Notes: generated by a model from the sequence alone, not told the origin. Positions 13,997 to 29,056 are shown, numbered from the stretch's first letter. The stretch: 64,000 nucleotides of DNA from Octopus vulgaris (GCA_951406725.2 OX597821.1:29698001-29762000), one strand, 5' to 3'. Made by a program: numbers and translations.

Positions 13997-14161
13997 GTGG
14001 ATATGTATGACATGTGTGTGTCCGTGTGTGCGTATAAATGCCCATATATAAAAGCGTGTGTGCATGTGTGCGCGCGCGCGCGCGTATATATATATATATA
14101 AATATACATATACATATATATGCGCGCGCACACGCATACACACGCATTTATATATATACAG

Positions 14162-14193
<32 letters not shown>

Positions 14194-15422
14194 GTATAAA
14201 AAATATATATAAAAATACAAAATGGGACAAGAACGCAAAATACTCAAATAAACGACACAAAAAACGGACGGGTCATTTGAAGCCTCTAATCTTTAGTCAA
14301 GAACCGGATCATCCTCGCAATTTCGGCATACATGCGAGGCTGCAGTACAAGACACTCGACCTAGGTGCCATGCAGTGGGACTGATCCCGAAACCATGTGG
14401 TTGGTAAGCAAGCTACTTAGCAGACACGCACAGACGCGCGTGTGCACACGCTCACGCATATATACATGTACGCATATATTTATACACACTTACATACTTG
14501 CATGTATACCGAAATTGTGAGGGTGAACCGGTTCTTGACTAAAGATTAGAGGTAGAGCTTCCGTCTACCAAATCCACAAACAAGGCTTTGGTCGGCCCGA
14601 AGATATAATAGAAAACTCTTGCTCAAGATGCCACGCAGCGGGACTGAACTCGGGACCATGCGATTGGTACTTACCACACAGCTACTCCTGCGTATTAAAT
14701 TGATGTATGTATATAATATGTATTTAGGTGTGTGTGTGAGAGAGAGAGAGTGATCGTGTGTATACGTGTGCGTGTGTGTGTGTGTGTGTTTGGGTTTCAA
14801 TGAATATGACGTATGTCTTTAGTCAACACTTATTTTTGCATGAGATTCGGAGACGTGAAACTGGGAATTACGAAATGTGAAGTATTGGATTCAATCATTT
14901 TAAATTTTGAGACAGACAGATAGACAGACAGACAGATAGACAGACAGACAGATAGACAGACAGACAGATAGACAGACAGACAGACACACACACTCACACA
15001 TACTGTCACACACGCACAGGCGCACACATCAATGAAAAACAACCGACTGGTAAATGATGTCAGCTAACTTGGTAGATACATCCATACACAGATATAGAGA
15101 GAGTGATCCAGAGGCTCACAAAACCATCGCTTGTTGATTAAGCCAAGAATCAGATCTACAAAAAAATAACGTTGCTCAAATACGTCATCTTTCTTTCATC
15201 GTTTCAGTTCTTCTTTGAATTACCGAGATACTTCCGATGAGGCCTGGATTTCAACGCTGGAATTTAGATAACGATAATGGTGAATGAGAAAATTCTTGTA
15301 ATTATTACAGTTCTTCCTCTTGATTTTATTTATATGTTTTAACTGAGGAGCTTTCTTTCCTAAGAGAAAACCGCGTAAAACAAAACTCATTTTGAGGTAA
15401 TATATACACGTACATATACACG

Positions 15423-15526
<104 letters not shown>

Positions 15527-16033
15527 TGTATGTATGTATATATATATGTATATATGTATGTATCATATATACACGATCATATATACACGCACATATACAC
15601 GTATATATATATGTATGTATATATATATATGTGTGTATGTATATATCATATATACACGATCATATATACACGCACATGTACACGTATATATATATATATA
15701 TTTATATGTATATATATATGTGTGTATATATGTATGTATGTATGTATATATGTATGTATGTGTGTATGTATGTATGTATGTTTGTATGTATGTATATATG
15801 TATGTATGTATATCTTAGGCAACACAGAAGGGAAAAGCTTTAACAAATGTTGTATTAGTTTCACGCTTGAAAAGAAGGGAAATAATACTGACGCATGGGA
15901 TGCAAGACCATCATCAGAAAATAAACGAATGTGGAGAGATGGCGAGAAGAAAAGAGAAGAATAAGAATAGTAGTTGAGAAAAAGGAAGGTTAGGGGGGGG
16001 CCTTGTGAGATCGTATATATGAGTGTGTGTGTG

Positions 16034-16084
<51 letters not shown>

Positions 16085-16085
<1 letters not shown>

Positions 16086-16770
16086 TTATTTATTTCTGTT
16101 ATTTGACTGCAGGCATGTTGGAACACCACCTTACACACACACACACACACGTCTTTTGTCTGTTACTTGTTTCATCCCTAGTACTTATTTGTTTTTAAAG
16201 CCTGGCATCTAGCCTAACGGACCCTTCTGTCGAACCGCCTTGTTTACAGGGATATACAAGCACCAACATCCGTTGTCAAGCAGTAGTGGAGGACGAACAC
16301 ACGTCCATACACGACGGGTTTCCTCCAGTGTCCGTCTAACAAATCCATTCACAAGTTCTTGATCATTCAGAAGCTATAGTAGAAGATACTTGCTCAAGTT
16401 CTCATGCAGTGGGAATGAACCAGGACCATGTTTTTGAGAAGCAAACTTCTTACCACAAAGTCACATATGTGTGTACGTATGAGTTTGTGTGTTTGCGTGT
16501 GTGTGTGTATGTTGAATTTATAATATATATATATATATATATTATTTTATTTATTTTATCTAGTTTCAGCTCACGAGCTGGGGCACCGCCATTATATATA
16601 TATATATATACACACATATACGACGGATTTCTTTCAGTTTCCGTCTACCAAATCCACTCACAAGTCTTTGGTCGGACCGAGGCTATAGCAGAAGGTGCCA
16701 CGAAGTGGGACTGAACCCGGAACCATGTGGTTCGTAAGCAAGCTACTTACCACACAGCCACTCCCACGCC
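16085..16770 (-). mobile_element. Two diverged or partial SINE family A copies plus a LINE tail remnant (16555-16592)
   Basis: Family A motifs on the minus strand; ctagtttcagctcacgagctggggcaccgccat is the reverse complement of the LINE tail. Confidence 0.7.
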
Positions 16771-17684
16771 TAAAGTTGTAAAGGAGAGTATCTTGTTTTA
16801 ACCAACATCCTTTAAACTTTAAGAAGGACTTGCAGATTTTTATTGTTCGATGTATACTGAATATTTGTAGCATATGCAATAAGGATTTGTATTCTCTCCC
16901 CAATATTCCTGTCTGTATGCATGTATGTATGTATGTATGTATGTATGTATGTATGTATGTATGTATGTATGTATGTATGTATGTATGTATGTATGCATGT
17001 ATATGTATGCATGCTTATATGTGTGTATGCATGTATGTATGCATGTATGCATGTATGTCTGTATGTATGTGTGTACATTATGCATGCATGCAAGTGTGTA
17101 TGTATGTCCGTATGTATGAATGTATGCAGGTATCTATATATGTATGCTGTATGTAAGTATGTATGTATGCATGTATGTAAATATGTATGTGTGTGTAGGT
17201 ATGTAAGTATACATGTATGTATATATATGTATGTACGTTGTATGTATCTATGTATGTATGTGCGATTGTACGTATGCATGTGTTTGTATGTAATATATGA
17301 ATATATGTAGGTATGTATGCATATGTGTTTGTATGTAATGCATGTATGAATGTACGTATCTATGTAAGTATATATTTGTATATATATATATATATATATC
17401 TGTATGTGTGCGTATCTATGTATTATGTATGTATGTGTATGTATGTATGTATGTATGTATGTATGTATGTATGTATGTATGTATGTATGTATGTATGTAT
17501 GTATGTATGTGTGTATGTATCTATGTTTGTATGTAACATGGGAAATCGTTACGCGTCCAGTTTATCTCCGCTGATCACTCTCGCTGCTTGCACACCATCT
17601 AGCAGAAGAAAACAAATCTTGCGCGCTGGAATCGAATCGAAAAACAAAAAAAGGTGTGTGTGTGTATTCTTCTGTGTGTACCTT

Positions 17685-17764
<80 letters not shown>

Positions 17765-18080
17765 TGTGTGTGTGTGTACATGTAATAGAATCTCCCAGGA
17801 ACTGATAACATTTTTATGTGGATGAAAAGCATGTGCGTGTGTGCCCGTGGCAGCGAAAGGAAAAGTGAAAGTATTTGAGTAATAGGGAAGGCGGGATATA
17901 TATGGGCTGAAACAAGCGTAGGTAGGTAGGTAGATACTGTGGGCATCTCTACGTATATATACAGATATGTATACGTATATATATATATATATATATAGCT
18001 TCCGTTTAATCCATGTCAGGCTCTGTACGTATGTGTCCCCTTTTGTATGCGAGTCATGACGTATATATATATGTACAGAG

Positions 18081-18111
<31 letters not shown>

Positions 18112-18250
18112 GAGGGTGGAGAGAAGGAGAGAGAGAGAGAAAGAGAGTCTTGAAATTAGAGTCGTACACAAGCTTTGCAAAGTCGTACCATGTGTATACA
18201 TACATACATACATACCTAAATACATACATAAATATATATGTATATGCATA

Positions 18251-18428
<178 letters not shown>

Positions 18429-18466
18429 TATAGATATATTTGTGTGTATATACATATATATTATAT

Positions 18467-18506
<40 letters not shown>

Positions 18507-18575
18507 GTGTATATACATATATATTATATATGTATGTATATGTATGTGTATGTGTATATATATATTTGCAGGCAT

Positions 18576-18613
<38 letters not shown>

Positions 18614-19809
18614 ATGTATACATACGTATATGAGTGAATGTATATTATATATGCAGGTATATAATACAGAGATTACTAATACATACCTGTTTTCCACTCC
18701 GATGCCAAGTAAAATCCTACATGAATTTGCGGTAGGGGTATCCACGATATTTCACAGACTTATATGTTCACGTTTGAAGTATTTTTTGTTTTGTGTGTGA
18801 TATACGAGTGATTGCCTGACTGTTGCGTGTGACGTGTGCATCTAAGAGCATATCTTCATGAATTTACATTCTATGCATGGTAATATATACGCATATAGGT
18901 GTATATGTAAATGTGTATGTGTATGTATAGATGTATGTATATGTCCGTGTCCTGTGTATGTGTGTATGTGTGTGTGTGTGTGTGTGTATTTATTGGTCTC
19001 GTTCGTTCGTTTGTTTGATCAAATAGATATTAATCAAGATAGATTGATTGGTAGATTTAAATTGAGCAGGGATAATTGAAGATATTAAAATGGAAATGAA
19101 GAACAAAAAAAAGAAGAGCAAGTAGATGATGTTGATGAAGTAAGATGTATCTCGGTTTCCATAGTAACAATGCTTTCTAAAATAAAGAGTAAAACAACAT
19201 CAACAACAAAAAAAAATCACATAGAAAATAACAAAACAAAACAAAAGAACAACTGAAACTACGAGGGAAAGAAAAATATATTGAAAAATTATGGTTTGAA
19301 ACGGTAGCACTGCAGCGTGTGAGAAGAAAATGAAATTCTGGTGTTTTCGTGGTTGTTCTTAGCTTGTTTTTGTTTCTTTTTTCCCCTTTAGTCAATATCT
19401 TTTGTTACATTTGGAACAGTACTAACACATATATGCATGTACACACACACACACTTATACACACTCATCTATATATATATATACATATATATATATGAAT
19501 ATCCTTATATATATATTTGAATATAAGTAATTAATTATGTGTTTTGCGAATGTGCATTTCTTATGTATATATATATGCGTATACTTTGGTGTATGTACAC
19601 ACATATATATATATATATGTGTGTATATATGTATATATATATATATTTGTGTTTGTGTGTATATCTGTATTTCTCCTTGGTTCTTCCGGTTGGTAAAATA
19701 AAAATTGGTTTATAAAAGCAAAGGAGAGAGCTGCCAGGTAAGTGAAGGATAATGCAGCAAGCACAACTAATCTCTCTCTCTTTCTCTCTCCCTCTTCTTC
19801 TCTCTCGCT

Positions 19810-19852
<43 letters not shown>

Positions 19853-19930
19853 GTTATCTGTGTCTCTCTTTCACTTATGAGTGTGTGTGTATGTATGTAT
19901 GTATGTATGCATATATATATATATATATAT

Positions 19931-19976
<46 letters not shown>

Positions 19977-20208
19977 GTATATATGTATATTATATGTATG
20001 TATATATGTATATATATATAAAAAGTCCGTTTTCTTGTTTGTTTTTATGTTTTCGTTTCTCGTTGTTTTCTACGTTTATTTGTGTGTCCTGTACTCATAT
20101 ATATATATATGCATGTATATATACATATAGATGTAGGTATGTACATATATGTATGTATGTATGCATGCATATGTTGTATTTGTTAAATTATTAGTATATA
20201 TATATATT

Positions 20209-20241
<33 letters not shown>

Positions 20242-20673
20242 GTATGTATGCATGTATGTGTTTCTTACACTCTCACGTGTAGTCGATAAGTAGATTTGTA
20301 ATTGCAGTAGGCCTCATACAGTCAAAATCGCATTGATGAAAGAAATGAGGCGAAGATGTAGAGGCAAAAAGATGAAGAATAAATGAAGGAGAGATGCTCA
20401 TGCCCTTTTGCTTTAAGACACGTTAATTGGCATGACTAGGAAATCACCTGAAACGAAACGAGAACATTGTTGATTGAAATTAATAAATCATCGAGTAAAT
20501 AAAATTATACAGGTACCCAAGAAAATCGAAACCCTCAACGCAAGTTTAAACTATTCGAAGTTCTTATGAGTTTATTTCCGTATTTTTTATTGTCTACTCC
20601 ACTTCATATATCACAATGTTTTAAACCAGACATACACACACACACGTACGTACGTACGTACATAGATAGATAA

Positions 20674-20708
<35 letters not shown>

Positions 20709-20734
20709 CATACATACATACATACATACATACA

Positions 20735-20767
<33 letters not shown>

Positions 20768-20885
20768 GTATGCATACATGGGCCAGACGCCCATCCTATA
20801 CATGAGAATGGGGTTGTGTAGTGTTTATGGCATGCTCAGAAATAAGCATTTATTTACCAACCTCGTAACGTACGGGAAGCAACAG

Positions 20886-21420
20886 GTAGTAGTAGTAGTA
20901 GTAGTGGTAGTGGTGGTGGTGGTGGTGGTGGTGGTGGTGATGGTGGTGGTGATGGTGGTGGTGCTTGTGGTGCTTGTGGTGCTTGTGGTTGTGGTGGTGG
21001 TGGTTGTGGTTGTGGTGGTGGTGGTGGTGGTGATAGTTGTGGTGGTGGTGGTGGTGGTTGTGGTGGTATTGGTGGTTGTGGTTGTGGTGGTTGTTGTGGT
21101 GGTGGTGGTGGTAGTGGTGGTTGTGGTGGTGGTGGTGGTTGTGGTGGTTGTTGTGGTGGTGGTGGAGGTGGTGGTGGTTGTGGTGATGGTTGTGGTGGTG
21201 GTGGTGGTGGTTGTGGTGGTGGTTGTGGTGGTGGTGGTGGTTGTGGTGGTGGTGGTGGTGGTGGTGGTGGTGGTGGTGGTGGTGGTTGTGGTGGTGGTTG
21301 TGGTGGTGGTGGTTGTGATGGTGGTGTTGGTGGTGGTTGTGGTGGTGGTTGTGGTTGTGATGGTGGTGGTGGTGGTATTTGAGATGGTAGTAGTTGCTGT
21401 TATTGTAGCCGTGGTTGTTT
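20886..21420. repeat. (GTG/GTT/GTA)n compound triplet repeat
   Basis: Direct inspection. Confidence 0.95.
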
Positions 21421-21591
21421 AGCCACTGGTCAGTCCTGTTCTAGGATATCCACGACTACGCAATGGAATGTGCGCTATATTTTTCATTTCTTTTCATTTT
21501 TTTTTTTTATTTAAAAGTTGAAAATATAATTCATGAAAAAATTTAGCTGCTATTTCTTGTAAATTACTGCGACTATGTAGAGAGAAAGAGT

Positions 21592-21623
<32 letters not shown>

Positions 21624-21724
21624 CAGGCAGATAGACATGCAGAGAAAGAGAAAGAGAGAGAAGACACGGTGAAGACATTCCATCGAACTGACTGAGGTGA
21701 CAAACGCCAATATAATGATGTTAA

Positions 21725-22382
21725 TAATTTTGGCACAAGGCCAGAAATTTTGAGGGGAAGGGCAAAACAATAACGTTGATCCTAGTCTTCAACTGGTACT
21801 TATTTTATTAACTCCGAAATGACTGAAAGGAAATGCTGACCTCGGCGGAATTTGAACTCAGAACGTCCAGTCGGAGGAAATGCCGCCAAGTACTTTGTCC
21901 GGCGTGCTTAACAATTTTGCCAGTTCGTCGCCTGAAGGAAAATAATAATCCTTTCTACTATAGGCATAAGGTCTGTATTTTCGGGGTGGGGGTCCTAGTC
22001 GATTACATCAATCCCAGTGCTAAACTGGTACTTGTTTTCTCGTCCCCGAAAGGATGAAAGGCAAAATCGACCTCGGTGGAATTTGAACTCAGAACGTAAA
22101 AAGCGGACGAAATACCTCGAAGCTAATAATTCTGTCAGCTCGCTGCCTTGACGATAATGAAAATAATAATGGTTTCAAATTTTGGCACGTGAGCAGCAGG
22201 TTTTGAGGGGAGGGATACATCGATTTTATCGACCACAGTACTTGACTGATACATGTTTTATCGACCCTTAAAAAAAAAAAAAATAAAAGGTAAAGTTCGA
22301 CCTCGGCCGAATTTGAACTCACAACTAATGACGGACGAAATTCCGATAAGCATTTTGTCCGGCGTTCTTTCAGCTCGCCCCC

Positions 22383-22434
<52 letters not shown>

Positions 22435-22660
22435 TAATAATAGTCCTTTCCACTATAGGCTCAAAGCATAAAACTTTGTGGAAGGGGGCTAGTCGATTAC
22501 ATCGACCCCAGTGCTCCACTGGTACTTATTTTATTGACCCTGAAAAGAAGAAAGGCAAAGTCGACCTTGGCGGAATTTGAGCTCAAAACGTAAGGACGAG
22601 GAAATAATACTGCTAAGCATTTTATTCGGCATGTTAACGATTTTGCCAGCTCGCCGCCTT
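21725..22660 (-). mobile_element. Four head-to-tail diverged SINE family B copies separated by (AAT)n
   Basis: Repeated ctcggcggaatttgaactc / cagctcgccgcctt motifs at ~21840, 22070, 22300 and 22565. Confidence 0.8.
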
Positions 22661-22956
22661 AATGATGATGATGATGATGATGAAGAAGACGACGACGATG
22701 ATGACTTCTTTAATCTACCACAGCGACATCATATGAAATATTCTTGCACAGGACCGAATCGAAAACGTGTCGAATCGAAATCGAATTAAGATCGAAATAG
22801 GTATCGATTCAGCAGATTGATTTATCTTGGTCTTATCATTATTTTTTTGTCTTTATTTATTATTATTTTTTTTTGCTGGTAGGGCGTAGCTTAGATAGAT
22901 AGTTTGACAACGAGATAGATGATGATAACACGCTGTATATACATATACATACATAT

Positions 22957-23519
<563 letters not shown>

Positions 23520-23738
23520 CACATATACATGCATGTGTTATGAATCAACGTGGCGAAGGCGGCGGCGCTGAGTTGTAAATCGATCATTCGATGAATCATT
23601 CAATAATTAACTAAATTAATCGAAGTGAGAAAGGAAGGAATGCGTAGGGTAACGTAGTTCAGCTACAGAAAAAAAAAAAAAAGAAATTAATAAAATGAAT
23701 GCGCGTTCGCTTCGCGTCGCCGGCATGTGGTTGTAATA

Positions 23739-23740
<2 letters not shown>

Positions 23741-23772
<32 letters not shown>

Positions 23773-23824
23773 GTTGCTACTACTACTGCTACTGCTGCTG
23801 CTGCTGCTGCTACTACTACTACTG

Positions 23825-23859
<35 letters not shown>

Positions 23860-23860
23860 G

Positions 23861-23951
<91 letters not shown>

Positions 23952-24059
23952 CGCTGCTGCCGCTCACTCTACTGTTGCTGATACTTCTGCTGCTATGTTT
24001 TCTGCAGCTGCTGCTGTTGCTACTGTTGCGACTGCTGTTGCTGCAACTGCTGCTGCGAG

Positions 24060-24102
<43 letters not shown>
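23741..24102. repeat. (CTA/CTG)n compound triplet repeat
   Basis: Direct inspection. Confidence 0.95.
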
Positions 24103-24327
24103 GGAAGAGTGAGAGAAGATGGGAGAGAGAAAGAAAGAGAGAATAGGTAAAGAAGAGAACAAGGGAGGATGAAAGAAAGAAAGGAAGAAAGAAAAAGGAG
24201 AGAGAGAGGGAGAGAGAGAGAGAGAGAAAAGGAAAGAGACAAAGTTTGGTTTAAAGTCGCGTTTAGGTAAATGGATTACTAGGGTACGCATGATACAACG
24301 TTGTACGTTGGTGACGACGACGATGAC

Positions 24328-24376
<49 letters not shown>

Positions 24377-24420
24377 TTTTACTAAGACACTAACGACACT
24401 ATTATTGATGATGATAGGTT

Positions 24421-24480
<60 letters not shown>

Positions 24481-24511
24481 GTAACAATGATAATAATAAT
24501 CATAATAGTAA

Positions 24512-24713
24512 CAATCTTTTCTACTAAAAGCACAAGGCCTGAAAATTTTTTTTGTGGGGGAAGGGACGACTAGTCGATTACATCACTGGTGCTTCATTTA
24601 TCGATCCCCGACAGGATGAAAGGCAAAGCCGACTTCAGCGTAGAGATAGAGACAGACGGGATGCCGCTAAGCATTTATCACGGCTTGCTAACGGTTCTTT
24701 CTAGCTCGCCGCC

Positions 24714-24715
<2 letters not shown>
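24512..24715 (-). mobile_element. SINE family B, diverged
   Basis: atcgatccccgacaggatgaaaggcaaagcc...ctagctcgccgcctt. Confidence 0.75.
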
Positions 24716-24756
<41 letters not shown>

Positions 24757-24809
24757 TAATAATAATAATTATAACAATAATAATAATAATAATAATAATG
24801 ATAATAATA

Positions 24810-24865
<56 letters not shown>

Positions 24866-25049
24866 ACAGTTCTATATTTAAGAGATGAGGAATTATGTAC
24901 ATTATTTACATTTGACGGATATTTGTCCTCATCTTGTTTGTTGTCAACACAACGTTTCGGCTGATATACCCTCCAGTCTTCATCAGGTGTCTTGGGGAAA
25001 TTTCGAACCTGGGCTCTCATTCCTAAGGTATTTTTCGATGTTGCTATGG

Positions 25050-25081
<32 letters not shown>

Positions 25082-25138
25082 CTTGTTGTTGTTCTTGTTG
25101 TTGTTGTTGTTGTTGTTGTTCTTCTTCTTCTTCTTCTT

Positions 25139-25169
<31 letters not shown>

Positions 25170-25171
25170 TT

Positions 25172-25202
<31 letters not shown>

Positions 25203-25293
25203 TTATTATTATTCATGTCACTGTCTGGAATCAAACTCGGAATCTTGGGGTTAGTAGCCCGCGTTTTTAACCACTACGCCATATGCCCGTGGG
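24866..25293 (-). mobile_element. SINE-like element: tRNA-derived head + triplet microsatellite linker + hammerhead-bearing tail
   Basis: Head gggcatatggcgtagtggttaa...gggctactaaccc...gagtttgattcc (box A, anticodon-like arm, box B) at 25214-25293. This is followed by (AAT)/(AAG)/(AAC)n, then the hammerhead at 24946-24991, ending against a triplet repeat. Confidence 0.65.
24946..24991 (-). ncRNA. Minimal type I hammerhead ribozyme (canonical core)
   Basis: Minus strand reads gacac-CTGATGA-a-gactg gagggtatat cagcc-GAAA-cg-TT-gtgtt. Stem II has one mismatch. Confidence 0.8.
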
Positions 25294-25347
25294 CACTACA
25301 CCGCCCCCACGGGCATATGGCGTAGTGGTTAAGAACGCGGGCTACTA
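25252..25347. repeat. Inverted repeat of the tRNA-like head (42-bp arms, 12-nt spacer)
   Basis: tagtagcccgcg...atatgcccgtggg / cccacgggcatat...cgcgggctacta, one mismatch. Confidence 0.9.
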
Positions 25348-25779
25348 TACATCCATACACCCATCCATTCATCCATCCATCCATCTATCCATCCATCCAG
25401 CCATCCAGCCATCCAGCCATACATAGATACATGCGTACATACATACATACAACTGCTTCGAAGTCTCCAGCTTCTATATCCAGATTATGATTCTCAGTTA
25501 CGCATATCAATAATAATTGATACACTTCGTTTTGTTGTTAAGTGCCCAAGGACACTCTGGATAAGTTTGGGTTTTCAGGAAAGGAAATCATGTCAACCAA
25601 CTCGGAAAACTACAAAAACAATCTTGTGGAACATGTAAGACTTTTTTTCAAGTTTAAAATGTGACGTTGCTTTTTTTTTTTTTATCTACATTCCAACGGT
25701 GGAGCTGCTTTGTATCTTCGTTAGAAACCAGCTCCTTCTTCACACGAATATTAAAAAAAAATCAAAAACAGAAGAGAAT

Positions 25780-25823
<44 letters not shown>

Positions 25824-25954
25824 ACACACACACACAAACACACAAACACACACAAACGCACACACACACACACACACGCACGCATTCATTTATGAAAATA
25901 CATTTTTCTTAAGAAGAAAATGGGTCCATGTTGTTTATAATGAGATTCACGAGG

Positions 25955-26072
<118 letters not shown>

Positions 26073-26378
26073 CCTCGACAACCGATGATAGCGTGTTTTC
26101 ATCTCTGTAATCTATCGGTTCAGCAAAAGAGATTGATAGAATAAGTATCTGGCTTACAAAGAATAAGTCCTAGGGTTAATTTCTTCGATTAAACACCTTT
26201 AATGCAGTGCTCCAGCATAGTCGTAGTCAAATGAGTGAAATGAATAAGTGCATCTATGTATCTCGGTTAGTCTCTCACCGGTCGCTTACAGTTTCCCGGT
26301 CATTCTGTTTTTTTATATTGTCTCAGTATATCCGTCTCACTATCGTCTGCTTTCTCACTCAATGTATTTGCTTGCTCA

Positions 26379-26945
26379 AAGCGGCGAGCTGGCAGAATCA
26401 CTAGCACGCCGGGCGAAATGCTTAGCAGTATTTCGTCTGCCGCTACGTTCTGAGTTCAAATTCCGCCGAGGTCGACTTTACCTTTCATCCTTTCGGGGTC
26501 GATTAAATACTGTACCAGATATGCATTGGGGTCGATGTAATCGATTTTATCCCTTTGTCTGTCTTTGTTTGTCCCCTCTATGTCTGTCCCCTTGTGGGCA
26601 ATAAAGAAATAAATATTTCGTCTGTCGCTACGTTCTGAGTTCAAATTCTGCCGAGGTCGACTTTACATTTCATCCTTTCGAGGTCGATAAATAAATACCA
26701 GTTATGCATTGGGGTCGATGTAATCGATTTTATCCCTTTGTCTGTCCTTGCTTGTCCCCTCTATGCCTGTCCCCTTGTGGGCAATAAAGAAATAAATATT
26801 TCGTCTGTCTTTACGTTATGAGTTCAAATTCCACCGAGGTCGACATTACCTTTCATCGTTTTGGGGCCGATAAATTAATAGCAGTTGCGTACTGATGTCG
26901 ATCTAGTCAACTGACCCCCTCTCCCAAAATTTCGGGCCTTGTGCC
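26379..26945 (+). mobile_element. Nin/Deu-domain SINE family B, trimeric
   Basis: One head followed by three ~184-bp units. Confidence 0.88.
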
Positions 26946-27411
26946 TTTGCTTGCTCGTTCATACATTTTCTCACCCAGCTACTTAACTACCCTCATACAC
27001 CTTAGCCTCAGTCCCTCACTCATTCGCCTTCTCTCTTACTCAACCATTTACTCATTTCCTCGCTCAAACGCTCACTCATTTGCTCATTCCCTGACTCATT
27101 CCATCATGCATACCCTGACTTAACGTTGACTTTCCTTCTTAAACTTACTTCTCCGTTTTTCATTTCGTTTCTCTTCTTTCTTCGTCCAACATCTTCCTCT
27201 TCTCTCTCTACACATACACACACACTCTCTCTCTCTCTGTCTGTCTCTCACACACACACTGGAAATGCTTTCACTTGTAGACTTAGCCAACACTTATCTC
27301 TCAATATTTTTCTTTCTCCGTCTGTAAGTCTCCTGGTCCATGTAAATCTATCTACGATTCTGTTACTTTCCTCTCTGACAACATCATTTCTCGCCGCGTT
27401 CGCTTTACTTA

Positions 27412-27442
<31 letters not shown>

Positions 27443-27584
27443 TTACTCATCCTCTTACTATCTTTCACTCGCTTTCAGATGTGGTAAACTCTTTTTAAAG
27501 ATATTCCCTATTTTACCTTACTCTCCCGCCCCTCACTTCCAATGTTCACCCCCTCACTCACTCACTCACTCACTCACTCACTCA

Positions 27585-27615
<31 letters not shown>

Positions 27616-27892
27616 GCTCTCTCGTCTTCTCATTAATCGTATCTTCAATCATTCTGTTATCCTTGCTTACACCCTTTTTCATCTTCGTCTGCATCCGCAA
27701 TGCTCTTTCTCTCCCATTCGAGATTCACTTTGTTTTTGCGCCTCTCTCTAGCTCTGTCTTATCCTACTCATAACGTGCCGTCCCGTTCTTTATAAATATT
27801 TCTAGCTATTTATCTTCTCCCTTTTTATACATACATGTGCGTGTATGTGTGCGTGTGTGTATGTGTATGTGTGCGTGTGTGTATGTATCTAA

Positions 27893-28110
27893 AGGCGGCG
27901 AGCTGGCAGAAACGTTAGCACGCCGGGCGAAATGCATAGCCGTATTTCGTCTGTCGTTACGTTCTGGGTTCAAATTCCGCCGAGGTCGACTTTGCCTTTC
28001 ATCCTTTCGAGGTCGATAAATTAAGTACCAGTTACGTACTGGGGTCGATGTAATCGACTTAATCCGTTTGTCTGTCCTTGTTTGTCTCCTCTGTGGGTAG
28101 TAAAGAAATA
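27893..28110 (+). mobile_element. Nin/Deu-domain SINE family B, monomer
   Basis: Same head, core and tail. Confidence 0.88.
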
Positions 28111-28392
28111 TGTATGTATGTGTGTTTGTATACAGAGAGATAGAGGGAGTAAAGGGGAGTTGGGAGGGCAAGGATTATTGTAGATTTAAGCATTACAAAG
28201 CTTCACTGCGAGTTAAATGTAAACATATTCATCGTACGCTATTGATATATATTAATGTATGGGAAAATGACGATGAAAATCTCCTGACGGACCGATTTAC
28301 GGTTTGTTGGGCGTTCTTCACAGAAGGCGTACTCAGGTTCCCTCTCGAATGAAAAGCACTGATAAGCTGAATATAAACAGTCATAAGTATGG

Positions 28393-28773
28393 AAGCACTC
28401 CGTCGGTTACGACGACGAGGGTTCCAGTTGATCCGAATCAACGGAACAGCCTGCTCGTGAAATTAACGTGTAAGTGGCTGAGCACTCCACAGACACGTGT
28501 ACCCTTAACGTAGTTCTCGGGGATATTCAGCGTGACACAGAGAGTGACAAGGCCGGCCCTTTGAAATACAGGTACAACAGAAACAGGAAGTAAGAGTGAG
28601 AGAAAGTTGTGGTGAAAGAGTACAGCAGGGATTACCACCATCCCCTGCCGGAGCCTCGTGGAGCTTTAGGTGTTTTCGCTCAATAAACACTCACAACGCC
28701 TGGTCTGGGAATCGAAACCGCGATCCTATGACCGCGAGTCCGCTGCCCTAACCACTGGGCCATTGCGCCTCCA
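28393..28773 (-). mobile_element. tRNA(Arg)-like SINE family C, full length
   Basis: Head ggaggcgcaatggcccagtggttagggcagcggactcgcggtc...ggtttcgattccc, with flanking near-duplication agtcataa(g/a)tat. Confidence 0.88.
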
Positions 28774-29056
28774 TAGTCATAAATATAGCTAGCACTTCAA
28801 GGATAGCCTGATTTCTATATTTTTCGCTTTGAGTGTTCGTGATTAATTTACACAATAAATATTTCATGTATAACGAAGCGTAATTCATATATCTAAGCTC
28901 GAAACATAACAGACTTTTCCATTTTTCTCGAGTGTTAAACTAATACACCTGCTTGTTGTTCCTACACCTGTCTTTGTCTTTTCTTTTGTGTAAATTTGAA
29001 CTATATATATAATCAAAGCCAGTAGTAGTGACAAGAAAAAGAATATTTATTCTGTT

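Noticed and set aside
15336-15381. CTGAGGA...GAAA-accgcg-TA hammerhead-like string
   Set aside because: The stem II base is mismatched and stem I is offset; at best a decayed remnant.
28700-28773. tRNA-like sequences (also 6640-6710, 25214-25293, 32782-32845, 41103, 49219)
   Set aside because: They continue into SINE bodies and lack a proper acceptor stem and terminator, so they are SINE heads rather than tRNA genes.
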